Assembly: GCA_051748045.1 (NCBI GenBank)
Contig: JBNJGY010000009.1
Location: forward strand, 1-51,996
Origin: Thermotogota bacterium
Lineage (GTDB): Bacteria > Thermotogota > Thermotogae > Petrotogales > Petrotogaceae
Reading direction: 5' to 3'
Length of the DNA: 51,996 bases
This document shows, piece by piece, positions 50,237 to 51,996 of this stretch. The position numbers were made by a program, and so were the translations under genes. How positions within the stretch are numbered: position 1 is the stretch's first letter; the number at the start of each line of letters is the position of its first letter. Below the pieces are notes generated by a model. It saw only the letters and a list, made by a program, of their open reading frames with translations, made no database searches and had not been told where the DNA came from.

Positions 50237-50341
50237 TTATTTTAATTCGTATCACTAACTTTTATGGTACGTTAAACGAAGTATTTTTATTATAAACAAG
50301 AATAATCACACATAAAACATTAAAAACAGTTATAATTTTCG

Positions 50342-50370
50342 TTGACTTTAACGTTCACTGTGAATATTAT
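50342..50370 (+). promoter_or_regulatory. Putative promoter TTGACT-N17-TATTAT with a palindrome in the spacer
   Basis: TTGACT 50342-50347, TATTAT 50365-50370, TTCACTGTGAA 50354-50364. Confidence 0.55.
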
Positions 50371-50415
50371 TATAATATAAAGTAAAATCATTTAATCAAA
50401 CAAGGGGGTAAAATT

Positions 50416-51705
50416 ATGAGAAAACTGTTTATTTTTGTACTATTGTCTTTATCTTTATTGGTATTTTCGTCAAATGAATTTTTAGTAGGTGATCCTTTAC
50501 CTGACGCACCTGATCTTTCATACAGAGGTAGTTATGATGTAGGAGTTAGAACTTTAGAAATTATAAATAAAAACCAAATTGATATTTTAAATTATTCAGC
50601 AAATAATCCTAATCCAAAATATGATAGACCACTAACAGTAGAAATTTGGTATCCAAGTGAATTACCAGATGATAGAGTAGAAAAAACCGTATATGTAGAT
50701 GAATATTATACTGATGATTCAATTGTTTTCACAGGGAGAGCTTTAAGAAACGCTGTCCCAATAAAAGGTGATTTTCCTCTTATTATTTTGTCACATGGAT
50801 ACCCAGGAACAAGATTTATGATGACTTATCTAACAGAAAATTTAGCATCAAAAGGTTATGTTGTTGCAGCAATAGCACATACCGAATCAACTATTAGGGA
50901 TCAAAGTGCATTTTCAAGCACTCTATTAAACAGACCTTTAGATATACTTTTCACACTCAATGAAATAGATCGTTTTTCAAAAAATAAAAACTCTTTCTTA
51001 TACAACATAGTAGACACAAACAATGTCGGGCTCGCTGGATATTCTATGGGTGGATATGGAATAATAAATGTTGCAGGAGCAGGATATAGCAAAGCAGGAG
51101 TAAATCTTTCATGGGGAGTTCCAGGAAATCACTTGCAAATCAGACAATCTGGAAACGAAAAATATATTAACAGTTTAGATGACAGAATAAAGGCAATATT
51201 TGCAATGGCTCCTTGGGGAGCAGGTATGTTTTGGAATGAAGAAACAATGAAAGGGCTAAAAACTCCATCTTTCTTTGTAGCAGGTAAACAAGATGATGTT
51301 GCAGGTTACGAAAATGGAGTAAAATTATTCTATGACTGGGCGACAAATTCAGAAAGACATATGTTAGTATTTCAAAATGCAAGACACAATATTGCACCTA
51401 ATGCATATGGAATTAATCCTTTAGCTTCATACAAAATGAGTTCTTCAGACCTAATGAGATACAATGAACCTAGCTGGGATAATAGAAGATTAAACAACAT
51501 TGTCCAGCATTTTGCAACAGCTTTCTTCGGTAAATATTTATTAGAAGAAGATTATGATAAATACTTTGATTTAGTAAAATATTCTAATGATGGTAAATGG
51601 TCTCAAAACCAAGATGGAACATTTAAAGAAGACCACACACATTGGAAAGGATTCCCAAATAGAACAGCACTTGGTATGGAATTTCATATGCAAAAACCTG
51701 AATAA
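50416..51705 (+). CDS. Secreted alpha/beta hydrolase (dienelactone hydrolase / PAF-acetylhydrolase-like)
   Basis: Signal peptide; RPLTVEIWYP, LSHGYPG, ENLASKGYVV, nucleophile GYSMGG, QDDV, ARHN. Confidence 0.88.
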   Translation: MRKLFIFVLLSLSLLVFSSNEFLVGDPLPDAPDLSYRGSYDVGVRTLEIINKNQIDILNYSANNPNPKYDRPLTVEIWYPSELPDDRVEKTVYVDEYYTDDSIVFTGRALRNAVPIKGDFPLIILSHGYPGTRFMMTYLTENLASKGYVVAAIAHTESTIRDQSAFSSTLLNRPLDILFTLNEIDRFSKNKNSFLYNIVDTNNVGLAGYSMGGYGIINVAGAGYSKAGVNLSWGVPGNHLQIRQSGNEKYINSLDDRIKAIFAMAPWGAGMFWNEETMKGLKTPSFFVAGKQDDVAGYENGVKLFYDWATNSERHMLVFQNARHNIAPNAYGINPLASYKMSSSDLMRYNEPSWDNRRLNNIVQHFATAFFGKYLLEEDYDKYFDLVKYSNDGKWSQNQDGTFKEDHTHWKGFPNRTALGMEFHMQKPE

Positions 51706-51748
51706 ATTATAAACTCTAATTTTTAAGAATTAAATTAAATAAAAATAG

Positions 51749-51785
51749 AATAATACCAATATTTCTAAATATTGGTATTATTTTT
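51749..51785. terminator. Bidirectional terminator
   Basis: Perfect 16-bp stem aataataccaatattt/aaatattggtattatt. Confidence 0.85.
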
Positions 51786-51996
51786 ATAGTAAAGCATCCA
51801 AAATTTTACTCACACATTCATCAATACTCTCATAAAAAGTATTAACTTCAACATCATAATCAATTCCCTTATGAACAAACTTATACTGTTTTTCTGCAAG
51901 ACCTTTTGGTCTATCTCCTCTTTCTTCTTCTCGTCTAATTAACTCTTCCAAAGGACAAAATACTCCAACATAAAAAACAGGACAGTCAGAAAAAAC
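51784..51996 (-). CDS. Chloramphenicol phosphotransferase (CPT) family protein, 3' part only
   Basis: Manual translation VFYVGVFCPLEELIRREEERGDRPKGLAEKQYKFVHKGIDYDVEVNT...LL*; absent from the ORF track. Confidence 0.85.
   Translation of the reverse strand, partial: VFSDCPVFYVGVFCPLEELIRREEERGDRPKGLAEKQYKFVHKGIDYDVEVNTFYESIDECVSKILDALL

Noticed and set aside
50010-50415. Possible riboswitch or sRNA (e.g. c-di-AMP type) upstream of the K+ transport operon
   Set aside because: No GC-rich conserved aptamer was recognisable, and the hairpin is explained by the cpt relic. An Rfam scan would settle it.
1522-51397. Short ORFs antisense to long genes in the ORF track (e.g. 1967-2308, 9770-10126, 21356-21718, 27392-27736, 45048-45416)
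   Set aside because: Shadow frames of well-supported genes, rich in F/L/I/S, with no motifs or convincing RBS.
1-51996. CRISPR arrays, tRNA/rRNA genes, IS elements, integrases
   Set aside because: No spaced repeats, cloverleaf-like GC-rich segments or recombinase motifs were seen, and intergenic space is minimal.

Overview
Very AT-rich bacterial chromosomal window, most likely from Thermotogota (Petrotogales-like). This is inferred from the cinA-cheA-cheW-cheY-fliOPQ gene order, the short Mfd, PolC, CheC/CheD and the alpha-2-macroglobulin. It holds HAD-tex, hup and a DUF1175 operon, then a tocopherol-cyclase-like gene preceded by an unannotated 51-aa zinc-ribbon ORF, and uppP-DUF368. Next comes a ~35 kb run of 33 tightly packed minus-strand genes: diguanylate cyclase, cinA, che/fli/flh genes, mfd, mnmE, SF1 helicase, dnaX, an SPL-like radical SAM enzyme and a thioester alpha-2-macroglobulin. 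The window ends with nth, an atypical PolC, a two-component system with a KtrB/TrkH channel, a secreted alpha/beta hydrolase and a partial CPT-family gene. The most notable signals are: (1) a stand-alone PolC that keeps OB, PHP, catalytic and clamp motifs but cleanly lacks the proofreading exonuclease and N-terminal domain, with a perfect palindrome over its -10 box; (2) a thioester A2M with a propeller-like insert, a coupled HExxH protein and a nearby DUF1175 gene; (3) an FlhB N-terminal extension ending in a Prp-protease-like LQLF/A motif; (4) a diverged duplicate of the cpt 3' end plus terminator flanking the hydrolase gene. No rRNA, tRNA, CRISPR array or transposase was recognised. All family calls come from motif recognition by eye, not from database searches.
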